From positions 1,096,335 through 1,160,334 of the forward strand of contig NMRA01000039.1 of NCBI GenBank assembly GCA_002633005.1: DNA of 64,000 bases, written 5' to 3'. This DNA is from Phoronis australis. Its lineage: Eukaryota; Animalia; Phoronida. The translations under genes and the position numbers were made by a program. The notes beneath the pieces were generated by a model. It was not told the DNA's origin and did not search any database. It saw only the letters and a program-made list of their open reading frames with translations. Shown here piece after piece: positions 13,633 to 26,835 of the stretch; position 1 is the first letter of the stretch, and each line of letters starts with the position of its first letter.

Positions 13633-14752
13633 TTTAATTTGTGTTGATCTTGACAAAGTACCACTTCCCAAAGGAACGGTGGTTTTAAATATGTTTCCTA
13701 CCTGTTTTCATTACATTATTTTAATACTCCTGTCTCCTTATTTTTTTCTTACCGGTTAGGGTTAATATCTTTTTATTTTGTGTTTAAACGAAGTATCAAA
13801 ACAACTTAGAAGTCAGTTAATTGTGAACCCATCCCTGAAATTTCCAGATTACGGCAACACCAAACATGTCACAGCAAACAAAACTACACGTGCCATTAGT
13901 TCAAGTTCAATCTTTATTAGAACTCAAATCCGAAAATATATACAAAAGTGCAAATATGATAGAAAAACTGAAGATTTGGAACCTCTGGACAGCATAACTA
14001 TTCTAGGTTTTCCTCAGTCATAAAAATGAAATCACAGCTCTTGCCCAGCGACCAACCTCATCCACTGCTTGCACTCTCTCGTTGACTACAAAGCTAGCCA
14101 TCTTAGTTGTCTTCACAGGTGTTCCCTTACAGCTAACTATCGAAATTGGTGCATTTCTGCGAATAGCAGTTTTCCGGTTAGTGTACTATTCCTGGAGTAA
14201 AGTAGTTTGGCATGTGCTGGGCCATATGCAATGTTTTATAAGTTATTGACATCTAATTTAGTCACTGTGTGTTGTTTATAGATATGCCAATGTAGCTTAG
14301 TTGTATATTAAAAGAATAATCCACGTGATATTGTTAACTATTATCAGCGTTTGTAAATCAACGACTATATCAATGTGCCCAGTTGTTTATCTTCAATCAT
14401 ACCCAATGTTTGTAGTTTTTAGCTTAATAGTTCATCGATTTTAAAAATCGCAAACACCAAACTGCGTTGTTTTTTTACATCTGAATACAGCTGTGATATT
14501 TGTTTTTAACGAAAACTGTTGGTTAATGCATTTTGAAAATTCACCAGTATGTACAGGCAGAAATGTTTATTATAGTTTATGGTCAGGTAATTACACTTAA
14601 TTGGGTCTTGCTGGCACCCGACAATGCAGTCATCGCAACTAATTCTAACTCCGGCGCCGCACTCTCTTTGATCCCGGTAAAAGCCGCTCAGAAGGACGAG
14701 TGGTGAAAAGTCACGCATATCTTTAGAAATGTGTGACTTTCATGTAAGTATA

Positions 14753-15095
14753 CTGTAACGTTCGGGTTAACGCCCATGCTCAGTTAACCGCCCACCCCCT
14801 ACTTTTAGTGGATTTTCGATTTAACCACCCACTGCTCAGTTGAGCGCCCCCCTGCGATTTTTGAAGATTTCTAGTTAAGCGCCCACCTCTCGGTTAAGTG
14901 CCCATCGCAGACTTTTAAAGAATGAAGATTTAGTGCCCAGTGCCAAGGAAACGCACGATTCCCCGACTTTTAGAAAAAGATCGATGATCACAATGAGCAC
15001 AACGATGCCGGGCCTTCCAGACGGTGGTTTAGCAATGTGAATTACAATACAAGTAACGAGTTATTGTCTAGGGTCATGAACTCACTTTCAAAATA
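14753..15095 (+). mobile_element. TA-flanked DNA-transposon/MITE fragment, same family as 46443-46923
   Basis: About 340 bp highly similar to 46443-46785 (cgttcgggttaacgc...gggtcatgaactcac). Confidence 0.85.
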
Positions 15096-16689
15096 TACTT
15101 GAACGTTTTTGTCACTTTATTTTCTTCCCATGTTTGCAAAGTTTAAGAATGCCGCCGGCGTCAAAACCTCCGTTTTCAGTGACTTTGTCTGCTGCGCTGA
15201 GTTTCCGTCTGCAGTGCACTAGATAAATCATATATTCGAAAAAATAAGGCCAGAGAAATGTGACAATGGTTTTGCCAACCCTCCAAATTCTATTAAGGTG
15301 GGAAGCTGGAAAGATGTCAAATTCTCAATATTCTGAAGTATGTAACTGCCGGGTTATAGAAGATGTGTGGCGACTGAAGGCACAGTACAAGTGCCTTAAT
15401 GGGTTACCGATTTCGTTGCTGCCTATCAATTTCTGGATTCAAAGGTTGGCAATAATGTATGTTTGTGTATGATCTTGAGGTAATAAAAGACTGCTAGTCA
15501 AATTTTGTTTTTCGCTTATTGCATCTCAGTCAAACTGGCATTAGCAGATTTAACTAATGTGGCTGGCTGTTCTTTACTATTTCTTGCGTCAGCCCCCACG
15601 TATAAGTGTGACTGTGTGATCACATCCCCTTTTTCGCCATCCAGAATAATTTTGTTTATACATTGGCCAGTTTCAGCCTGAACAAAAATTCTTACCATTC
15701 AAGTCTGAAATATCTAAGACGTAGACTAACTGAAAATTGGCGATAGTGGGTAGGAGATGCACACAGCTAGCTACGGGCATGGAATAGACTTGACATCGCA
15801 GTTTTGGGAAACATTGGCAACGGAGGGATATTGTAAAGAACTGGGTCTTTCGAACAACAGCTTAAAAGTACATAGTCACGCCCGTTTTTGTTACTTAGGG
15901 CTATTCTCTTTTGATGTGTGACTTTGTGACTTTTATTTGAAATAGTATCAGAATTTCTTTATAACATTAAATCTCTTTGTGTGAGTGGATAGAATTTTAT
16001 ACATGAAAATGAATTATTTTCATTCGTTGTCATATATCATTGTATTCTTAACATCAGTTTTTTTTTTACTTATGCATTCGTATATAATCATTGTGTACAG
16101 ACTTCTTTGTATTTTTTTACCCAGATCTAATGCCTCTTGGCCCTTTCTGGGTTATGTATATTCATTGTATTCTGAAGATTTCGTAATAAACATTAAAAAA
16201 AATGTGTGACTTTGTAGTCATTTTGGTGCACGTGCGCAATTTCCCACACTTTGCAGTGCATGTTACCTTGACATCAACATGTGATTGACCGGTGACTCAC
16301 TTGTAGGACCTACGTGCGTGCTGATTCCCGCCGCTATCTTTGGCCATAAAAAACGAGATGCATATTGAAAGAGGCCGTTATATTACTTGACGGCATTTCC
16401 AAGTCACGTCTGTCAGCCGACTGAGACATTGCTTGCTAACAGCAGGACCGAACAGTGCCGCAGTGCGATAGGCCTATTGCAAGTAATAAATGTTTTTCCA
16501 CCACGAAGTTTGGTAAGGTGATCGTTTAGGAATGAATTGAAACATCGCTGTTTTGTGGCATTTTATCACATATTGATGTCGTGGCTTGAAATTTTATTCT
16601 TGATTGACGAGTGGCTCACGGCCGCTTTACCCCGATTCTTGTCTTGGGCCTACTTCTTTGCCGAGCATGTTTGGCGCAACAGCAAGTGA

Positions 16690-17170
16690 GCAATGCCGGG
16701 CGGTCGAGATAAAAACAGCTAGCCGCAGAACCATACGCTGAAAATGTCATTGAGTCACGGAGTGTTGACTTTAAACATCCTAAACACAAAAAACATCTGA
16801 ATTAAGTTTTTCAAACTTTTATTACCACTAATTTTAAAACTGCTCTCAGACTTATGAACTTGGCAGCTCAGTACGAGACTGACCATAAATTTGATGTCTG
16901 CTGTGACCTCTGCAACACGTGAAGCTTGCACGCGCGCACTTTAACAAGGTCACATCTTGAAATAGTTGCAATCCAAGTAGAGGCTGCGTGGTCACTGGTC
17001 GTCTGCGCTCTAGAGGGCAAAGTTCTACGAGTTGGCCGTCACGGCATGTCGTTTTATGCACTCACTTTGTTCTTAAGCACTAATCAACTGTCAGAAATTT
17101 GCAACAAGACTCAAAATCCCTTCTCATCCGAGGAAAGGACGACCTGTGACCAATTTCATGATGCTAAAAC
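16690..17170 (+). repeat. Dispersed repeat of unclassified family; inverted copy at about 44830-45240
   Basis: Shared blocks such as aaacatcctaaacacaaaaaac, ttttaaaactgctct, cacgtgaagcttgcacgcgc and atagttgcaatccaagt. Boundaries approximate. Confidence 0.7.
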
Positions 17171-18512
17171 GGTCCAAAATCGAAAGTAAGTTTCTTTGAC
17201 GGACCTCGAGTTTATACACATCACCATCTACCATTTTGAAATGGGTATCGTGCTTGACCCTCACGTTATTTCAAAAAGTTGCCAATTGGTTTTAGCTTAA
17301 GACTTTCACAAATAGGAGGATGCTTTTAAAGGGGCACTAAATGCAAGCCTTCGGTCAAAAACCAACTTTTAACATCGGCCACTTACTGTTATAAAATAAC
17401 TTCTAGGCTTGAGAAGAACCAACAGGTTGCTATTGCCTCAGGCTTTGCCCATTAAGTGGCATGTCACCGTTAGTAAGTTTCAGTCATCAAGGGAGATGAT
17501 TTATTGTAATGCACTTCAATTCAAACAAAGAATAAGAAGCGCCCATGGGGCTTCAGAAGAGTACTAAATTCTCCCCTGAAGAAATTTGATATTAGTAACA
17601 TCAAAGTATGGTTTATAGTACCTTTAATTGCAGACAGCTTCACGTAAAGGAACACCAGCCTAAATACAGGGAACTTGGGTCACTTTATCCTACTCAGCTG
17701 CTTTTACTCAATTTAATGGAGAATTAATGCAGCAGCTAAGGTTACCACAAGATGGTGATTTAATGGGAGGACTGGTACATAATACCAGGAGAGGAACACT
17801 TTTAGTCGCGATCTTTCTGGTTATTGTACACGTGACTCTATGTAAAATAATTTGCAAAGAAAATTGTTTACGCGAGTGTTTCATTTACAAGAACAAGTGA
17901 GTGTCCTTTGCACAAGCCTGTACCTTGCTTTGGGTGTAGGAACACGTGTTGTCCTGAGGTAACAAAACACTTTGTTAGGCTCACTTGCGAAGTTTTAGGT
18001 AACTGCGAGGGACAGCAGGCAATAGTCTAGTTCAGTAACTAATTGATTTAAATGGTTTCATGTATGTTAACAATTGAACTAGACCTAGTATAGTGTTGGA
18101 AAGAATTAAAGATGTGTCTGATTGACCTTCTCTATAAAACAAGTGAAAACACCTGATAAAGGAAAGTGTGTAAAATTAAGTTGCTAACTAAATCTATGCA
18201 CATAAAGCACACCTAGGTATATTAAGCCTGTCTATACAATTCACAAGATTCTTCAGTAAGAGCCAAATAGGTGAGAATATTGCGCCTGCATCTGGAGTAT
18301 CATGTCCAAACATTGTTTTGCTCACTCAAATGATCCGTGAGTATATGCATGCGCCTAATATCAACTATCGGTCTAATATCAAATATCGGCCTGATATCAA
18401 ATGTCAGATATTGGTGCACCATGACATTTCTATTTGTCGCAATAAAATTACGGATTTTTTCAAAAACTCTTTGACCTTTAAACACACTGCCTAAGTACGA
18501 TGTGGTACTTAC

Positions 18513-18584
18513 CCAGCACCACTTGCAGCTGTCTTGGGACGGTCTTGGCTGAACCTCACTCTTGGTTGTCGTGATGGAGACGAC
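18513..18584 (-). CDS. Coding exon 2 of minus-strand gene (72 nt): (K)SSPSRQPRVRFSQDRPKTAASGA(G)
   Basis: Acceptor tttgtgctcag|, donor GG|gtaagt. Phase 2/2 is compatible with both neighbours. Confidence 0.85.
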
Positions 18585-19724
18585 CTGAGCACAAACGGTA
18601 ACAAATCACTTCCTGACAACGATACTAAACTAAACGAACTAAAGCATGGAAATTCGTCACCTAGTTAGCTCGCAATATGGCCGACAAGTGAAATTGTATT
18701 TTGTCAAACTTCTCCATAAAAATAATAACAGTTTAAGAAATTCTTAGTTTATTGCTAGCACGGTTTGTACTGTGTAGATGCCATAAAACTACTTTTTGGT
18801 AAATTTTCCATTATTTTCTGTAAAGTAACCAGCCTTTAAAAATGGAAAAATAATTTTGGCAATTATTTTGGTGCAAAAAATGAGGAGAATTACTGCATTT
18901 GTCAACAGCTATGACTTCTACAAATCTATGTGGTACACCTATTGTCATTTTGGTAGCGCTACTTTGTAGAGCTAAAACACTACCATTTTTCCATAACTGC
19001 TACGCTTTATTTTGGCATTGGAAATCTATATCAACTACCTCAGTTCTTTTTTGTCCGAAAGTCACATGGAGGGAATTCCGCAAAACTGGTGGGTGGGTTG
19101 TTCTTGCATGACTGCCGCTGGGTCTAGTTTGAGGCAACATTTTTTCAACAATTGGGTGACTCCATATTCACTAGGTGTCGCTACCAAATAAAGATGCCTT
19201 TTCTGACATCGGCTGAATGGGCTCCGAGTAGGTAACAGTTCATATGCTAAGCATGGGAGCATTCGTTTGTAAATGAACCCACATGATTTTACCAGAATGC
19301 AGGCATTTCTATGAGAGGGTCTCTTGCTTCGCGTGCAACACCTGCTGAATTTGAAGTTTACCATCACTACGATCAGAGTAAAAAGGTTTGACATGCCAGT
19401 CACTAGAGGTGTACTATCTGCCAACTTAGGTGAAAATGTACCAAGAATCAGATGTTTTAGCTAAAATTATTCACAGGACTAACATGAAAATTCAGTGAAG
19501 ATGCATGGCCAAATTGAGAGTCAACAAATGCATACATAACACTATAAAATAATACTAAAAGCATAAGGTAATTCACAAAAAATGTTGACGTTCGGCAAAG
19601 TGCATCTAGTTCTGACAAAGTTAGGTTGAAAATGAAGCCATAAGCAACAAATAATTATTTGAACATTGCTGGAATTTTAACTCCGAAATGTGTGACAAAA
19701 TGAGGTTTGATCAAAGCTATCATG

Positions 19725-20081
19725 GTGTGAACATTGTAGAGTAAACATTGCAGTGTGAACATTGTAGTGTGAACATTGCAGTGTGAACATTGTAGTGTGA
19801 ACATTACAGTGTGAACATTGTAGTGTGAACATTGCAGTGTGAGCATTGTAGTGTGAACATTGCAGTGTGAACATTGCAGTGTGAACATTGCAGTGTGAAC
19901 ATTGCAGTGTCAGCATTGCAGTGTGAACATTGCAGTGTGAACATTGCAGTGTGAACATAGCAGTGTGAACATTGCAGTGTGAACATTACAGTGTGAACAT
20001 TACAGTGTGAACATTGCATTGTGAACATTACAGTGTGAACATTACAGAGTGAACATTGCAGTGTGAACATTGTAGTGTGAA
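19725..20081. repeat. 14-bp minisatellite (gtgtgaacattgca) about x25
   Basis: Tandem units read directly. Explains the repetitive MFTLQCSHCNVHT ORFs. Confidence 0.97.
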
Positions 20082-20642
20082 TGAATTGAATGAAAGGATG
20101 TCAAACGAAACACACTAGTTTATGGTAAAATGTCTTAGGACTATTATGACAGACAAGTGAAATTTTAATATTTTTTTCTTTTCTCATGAACTATTGACAC
20201 AGTTCTTTTAAAATTCTGAGGTATACGGCAATACATGGTTAGTACTGTCCCTACACCACAGCTGTTACTGTTGAAAAATTATATTTCATAGAACAGAATT
20301 GCAGTGTATGAGAAAGAAAGTAAAATCATGTCAATTACGGACAGGAATTATTAATTGTTAAAATAGTCCTTTTTTAATTTTTCAAGGGATTCTAACACTG
20401 TTGTGAATGCCCATAATTTCACAAAACATCAGATTATAGTTTCGGTCCAGAACTTGAAAATGAAAAATCATTCATTTTGTGATATGCATCTACTATGGAA
20501 TAAATGAAAACATAAAGTTTCACTTAATGTCGGCCACATTGTGCCCTAAACTGATGAATTTTACCATATAGGCAGGTTCATGAGAAAAAAACAACACTAA
20601 CTCGTCTAAATAAGCTCCTGTGATAACGATTGAAGAACTTAC

Positions 20643-20800
20643 TTGGGTCGAGACTTTGCCGATAACTGTTGACGAAGACTGCTACATTTAACAAAGTCTA
20701 CATACTGAGTCCCGCCAGTCAATGCCACCTTTTGGTAGGTGGCAGGACCTTCTGACCATGCCTCAGTATGTCCAGGTCGGATCATTCTCCCATCATGCAT
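20643..20800 (-). CDS. First coding exon of minus-strand gene: MHDGRMIRPGHTEAWSEGPATYQKVALTGGTQYVDFVKCSSLRQQLSAKSRP(K)
   Basis: Acceptor ttgcag| at 20824, in-frame stop 5 codons before the ATG at 20800, donor AA|gtaagt at phase 2 matching the next exon. Confidence 0.85.
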
Positions 20801-21473
20801 TGCACTAGTTATTTAGGCGATGACCTGCAATTGTACGGGACACATAGCATAAGAAAAGTATTGCGATTTCTGTCCACAAAAGAATACTTCGGCTCTAGTC
20901 CTTCATGCAAAGATGAGAAATACGAGACCTATCTACATAAGGTCACTCCTACGTACCATGCAGTAAAATCTTACCAATTTTGGATATACTAATCACCAAA
21001 ATTGACCTTTCTTCATTTTTCAAAGGCTGCTCTTATTATTGAGAAGACACACAGTTATTCAGTATGCTGTCTGGTGTATGACACACAACACGAGCATGGA
21101 AAAGCATAGACATGCTGCATGTCCATTATGGAAGAAAGTAGAACATAAATTTCACTTGTTCCGCCATGTTGTGAGAGTCCACTGTATACAAGCACTGTTG
21201 ATTGCTATTGATCCAATGATTCCTTTGACACAACATCTTACAGTAAAATATCAACCATTTTGGACACAATATGGACGACAAAAGAAATTTAAATTCTTAA
21301 TTTTTTCTGAAGACAAGTACCACCAAATAAATGCATGTGTAAGAGCTACCATTATATAAGGATTCTGGGATATTGTGGGCATTCAAAACAATGACAGAAG
21401 TCTTCCAAGAGGGAAAGGGGAAATTATTTTTGGTCGCAACTGGTAAAATTTTGTCATAGTCCCTGACNCTTAC

Positions 21474-21631
21474 TTGGGTCGAGACTTTGCCGATAACTGT
21501 TGACGAAGACTGCTACATTTAACAAAGTCTACATACTGAGTCCCGCCAGTCAATGCCACCTTTTGGTAGGTGGCAGGACCTTCTGACCATGCCTCAGTAT
21601 GTCCAGGTCGGATCATTCTCCCATCATGCAT
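21474..21631 (-). CDS. Second (probably allelic or artefactual) copy of the first coding exon
   Basis: Same coding sequence as 20643-20800, offset by 831 bp, inside the duplication. Confidence 0.45.
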
Positions 21632-24600
21632 TGCACTAGTTATTCAGGCGATGACCTGCAATTGTACGGGACACATAGCATAAGAAAAGTATTGCGATTT
21701 CTGTCCACAAAAGAATACTTCGGCTCTAGTCCTTCATGCAAAGATGAGAAATACGAGACCTATCTACATAAGGTCACTCCTACGTATCATGCAGTAAAAT
21801 CTTACCAATTTTGGATACACTAATCACCAAAATTGACCTTTCTTCATTTTTCAAAGGCTGCTCTTATTATTGAGAAGACACACAGTTATTCAGTACGCTG
21901 TCTGGTGTATGACACACAACACGAGCATGGAAAAGCATAGACATGCTGCATGTCCATTATGGAAGAAAGTAGAACATAAATTTCACTTGTTCCGCCATGT
22001 TGTGAGAGTCCACTGTATACAAGCACAGTTGATTGCTATTGATCCAATGATTCCTTTGACACAACATCTTACAGTAAAATATCAACCATTTTGGACACAA
22101 TATGGACGACAAAAGAAATTTAAATTCTTAATTTTTTCTGAAGACAAGTACCACCAGATAAATGCATGTGTAAGAGCTACCATTATATAAGGATTCTGGG
22201 ATATTGTGGGCATTCAAAACAATGACAGAAGTCTTCCAAGAGGGAAAGGGGAAATTATTTTTGGTCGCAACTGGTAAAATTTTGTCATAGTCCCTGACGT
22301 GATCATCTATTATAACTAATGAACCCACGATGCCCTGCGGCGGGGGACCCAACCACAATTATCAAAGAAAAAGTATTCATGTAGTATTCAAACTGACATG
22401 CCAACCGCATTTTCATCAATCCTTAGGAGGGCCCTGCCCCCTCCCCTAAATCCAACTGTATGCATACTACATCACAAAAAACAAAGAGAACCATAAGCTG
22501 TACCAACTGAAACAATTGAAGCCATTTGACAAATGAGGTGCTAAATCTCATGTCCCAACTGTCACTATTCCATGCTTCTTAACCTTTGGGATTAATTTTC
22601 TTTGCTCCAAGTATAACAATTTCTCAAATAACAAGTATGCCACTGACCAAGAAACTTGAGACCTGAAAATAATCACTCTCCTAGACCATAGGTGGCAGGG
22701 CATGATTTTACTGTGTTACGCCTTAGACCAATGAATTGTGGTCTGGCAGGTGATTGCGCAATTGCTATTTATGGTGATGACAGCAATCCATGTGACTTCA
22801 GCTGTCTGTTGTTGCACATTACACCTGGTGTTTTGACAAAATGAATTTTGACATTATGATATCAAATGATTGGTGATATTAGTAGCATTTATGTTATTAA
22901 TATAACAAATAATTACTTATTTCGGCACCATTATGGTATCACAGATGCACAAACAGCCTTATGTTATTTCTCTCGATACAATTTCGTAATTAATGATTAC
23001 AGTGCTTTTTGGAATAACCATATTTTTATGCTATATCACAAACAAAGGTGTTCTGACAAATTCACAAATTTCCCACGAAAATAGTTGACCAAATTGATGT
23101 TTTTTATTTTCCACGGCTTCTAATGTTGTTATGAATGCCTAAATTTTCTCAACACATTGTGAAATTAAAATTTAAAAATGTTAATTAAAAAAGCATTTAT
23201 TTGATGTTACTTAAATTTATGAAAAAAATGCAAAAATAAGATTTCACTTGTCTGCCACGCTGCATCCTAAATCGTTAAGATTTTATCATTATGCACAAAA
23301 GCGACTTCCACTCGATGCCTTCAAATTTTGTTAGACATACATGTCAAGTGTGGAGAGAATGAAACATATTTTTATCCACAGCTGTTCTGCAACATTGGCT
23401 TTTTGTGAACGTCATCCCACATCCTAACACATGACAGTGCATGATAATACCGCAGCCAGAGATGATCGCAAGGAATTAAAAAATTGCTGTAAAATCCATT
23501 GTACTAAATTTGCACTCCTATCACATGTGCTGGTGGCGTTGAAGGTCTGTCTTAAGAAAACTATTGCTGGAATACAAATTAGCATCTTCAACATGGCTGA
23601 ACAGGGACACCTTGCGGTAAAATCTCATCAATTTCAGATGAAAATAATTGCCAAAATTTTCAATTTTAAAGGCTTTCTAAAATTGTTGTGAATGGCCCTA
23701 ATTTTTCAAAATATCGTAAAGTGGCAGCTATACTGCAGAACTTTGGCATGGAAAAGCAGAAATTTGTTGCTACATGTTTTTGTGGAAAATGAAAAAATTA
23801 ACGTTTCACTTGTGCGCTATATTGTGACCTAAATTAAAGATTTTATAGCATTATGACAAAATTTCTTAGCAAAAATGAAAAAAAATTTCTTTTACTACAA
23901 CACCAGTTATGCATCCTACAGTAGACGTCAAACACGTGGAAAAATTCTGAGCATTACAGCACAGTAGTAAGCTTTTGAAAAACAGAAAATGACAATTGGC
24001 AATAATTCTTGTTGGAATTCGAAGAACCTTCATTAGTAACACAACCTATTCAAATATGTTGAAAAAATTATAACACCCTTCAGCGTCAGCACCTGTAAAT
24101 ATCACCAACAATATCTTACAGTAATTACCCAGCAACTAATCATTCTTGCCTCAACTTAATATGCATAACAAAGTTCATAGTTTCCAACAACCGAATGCAA
24201 TACATGCTAAAAGCACACCAACTTCAGACAAAAATAATCGCCAAGGTTGCCTATTTTTCAGTTCTTAAGGGTTCTAACATTGTCAAAGCCCAGTTTTCTT
24301 AACAGAATGCTGCCAGACGGTAGCTATGATGCAGAATTTGGAAATGGCAAAACATTCATTTACTTATTTTCTATGCGAAAACAAGGAAAACTAAACTTTG
24401 CTTGTACACCAGATTGTATCATAAATCGCAGAGATTTCACCACAATGTATCTAAAACATATTTCGACTACAAGGCGTGTGATGAAGTGTTAAAATGTTAT
24501 GAGATACTTAGTACCGTTCACACACGTGACATTGATTGAACTTTTCACCAATCCCAGCTATCCGTTTGTACCTATCAAAGGCGTGCGTACTCGCACGCAT

Positions 24601-24780
24601 ATGCTAGACATGTTTTATTCCTCGTGATTCCCACTGTGTTAGCAATAAACATTATCTTTATGATAGCTGGATCCGATCAATATAGTCATGCAAAGTCATT
24701 TGTAGCGTAAATCGCTTTGACATCATCGCTAGGAACCGACTGACAGTACGTCTGCTTTCATTGTTTGCGTCTGCTACCAG

Positions 24781-24909
24781 ACATCAGTCCTTAATGTTAC
24801 ATTAAGGACTGATGTACAAAGTTAATCAAATTTTGATAGATTCCTAGGATTATTCATAACATTGTTATGAATAATCCTATGAATCTATCAAAATTTGATT
24901 AACTTTGTA
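24781..24909. repeat. Two abutting near-perfect palindromes (17-bp arms; 47-bp arms)
   Basis: 24781-24815 is perfect with a 1-nt centre. 24815-24909 has a 1-nt centre and one mismatch. Confidence 0.92.
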
Positions 24910-25431
24910 ACATCGTATCTCTGAAATGGCGAATATGATTCAAATAAAGCTTTCAGGCAGCACGGTTATTTTGCAAAACACTGCTGAGAATAGATTTTGC
25001 ATAATTCAATTTTGCATCAGGTGCTGTTGAAAATTTGATCTTCCATGATTGTGTATAAAATTGAATGCTGCATAAAGGGAGGTGGAAATTTAGACAATTG
25101 TTTCGAATTTTTGAGATTTTATTTGGAATATTTTGAATCAAAAGAAATTTTGCCAAGTACTGATGCGTTGATGCTCTTGTTTCATTATGGGGGCATTTTT
25201 CGGACCGATTTTCTAAAAAAACATTGTCACATGACCAGTTCAAAAGCAAACAGACATCAAGTTCAAAATCAAATTTTAGTTTTCTTCAAAAAATTTGTAC
25301 TTTTATTTTCGTGAATTCTACATTTTTGTAAATGTTTGACTCAAGGCACAGTCAACCCAACAAAAATGCCTGACATAAAATTACATGGTACTGACATAAC
25401 GTTACCTAAGTTTACGCTACTTTTGTTGGTA

Positions 25432-25445
25432 GTTACCCTGGCAAC
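25432..25445. promoter_or_regulatory. RFX X-box-like site beside a candidate 5'UTR donor of the minus-strand gene
   Basis: GTTACCCTGGCAAC fits the 14-bp X-box pattern. A minus-strand donor TAG|gtaacg lies at 25406/25405. Confidence 0.45.
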
Positions 25446-26700
25446 ATGATATGGTCACGGTAATTCTTCATTTATTTTTAGCAAAAAATGCCATATTATG
25501 ATAATTCTTCACTTAATTTGAACAAAAATTGTCCCAATGTCAATTTTAGCTATATCAAATGTTGACCGCGTGATTACAAATAACTAATATGATTATTGTC
25601 TCATGACGCGGAGTTTCAAATGTTTTGATTTAATTTTGCATCAATGACGAAAAATCTGATCCCGAAATAAGGCAAGTTAATCCCGACTTGTCATAACTGT
25701 GGTCGAAATGAACCACATGGTTGTTAATTTTGACTTGAAAAACCGCCTAATTCTTATTTTATATTACTTCCAAGTTCGCCCCACCAATGTAACACTCAAA
25801 ATAAATTTGACCATGTGTTGTCTCATTGATAGTAGCAGTGTATACCCAAAACATAAAAATCTTAATGTTCATTTTCATCGTGAAATGTGACAAAACAAAA
25901 TTCTATAGGTAATAGACGGATATAACTTGCCCACATTTCGAGAACCAGCTTTCTCCACTGAATAACAAGCATCAAACTGGTTCTCAAAATGACTGTTGAC
26001 ATTTTATGTGCCAGCCAATATGTATGCCAAACAAGTGAAGACTCAGCATGAAGCTGTAATGAAGTCTTGACTACGAATAGAAACATTGGTTTGAGTTTAA
26101 GGATGATTCAGCATTTTTGGGAGGTGGATGGTCAGTTGAATCGATCATGCATGACGTGTCTCCAAAAAATATCTATTTTGATTAAAAGTAAAAAGCCACG
26201 AGTAAACAAAACACGCCGTATGTGGATAGTTAACGAGATGAAAATGCATGATCAATAGAGGGCGCTACAGAGCACGCATCAGCATCCACCATGATGATCC
26301 GCACATACGGAATATCGACACTATTGACGACTAGCGCTAACAAAGGCAGTCGACTGTCCAGGCTGGTTCGTTAGCCAATATTCAACAAGTCTACAACAGC
26401 AGAATGTATTGATCAGACCTGACTAGTGTGTGAATACTGGCTGACCACATCCATTCACTCATCAGTTGTTAATGCCAATTATATGTCAATCTTTAAATAC
26501 ACAGATTGGTCAACAAGCTGCCTTCTCAAAACTTTGGGCTCACCAGTAACTTATGGCAGAAGTCTTGAAAAATTAATGATTTACGCGGCAAAAACCCACC
26601 TTCCACCACAAAACAGCTATGAAATTGGTTCGAAATTGATCCTTAGTCAATTTAAAGGTCATTTCTGGGCTTAGCAATAGCTAGTGCATTCATAAGTCCT

Positions 26701-26835
26701 AGGGACCAGTGCTCGGTTCCATGAAACAGGGACCAGTGCCCGGTTGCATAAAACAGGGACCAGTGCTCGGTTGCATGAAACAGGGACCAGTGGCCGGTTG
26801 CATGAAACAGGGACCAGTGGCCGGTTGCATGAAAC
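26701..26835. repeat. 27-bp tandem repeat x5 derived from a MITE terminus
   Basis: Unit agggaccagtgcncggttgcatgaaac. The last unit is the left TIR of the adjacent MITE. Confidence 0.93.

Larger units (their letters stand above)
20638..22298. repeat. 830-bp direct duplication across a single N (probable haplotype-overlap assembly artefact)
   Basis: 20638-21467 and 21469-22298 differ by only a handful of SNPs and are separated by n at 21468. Confidence 0.9.
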
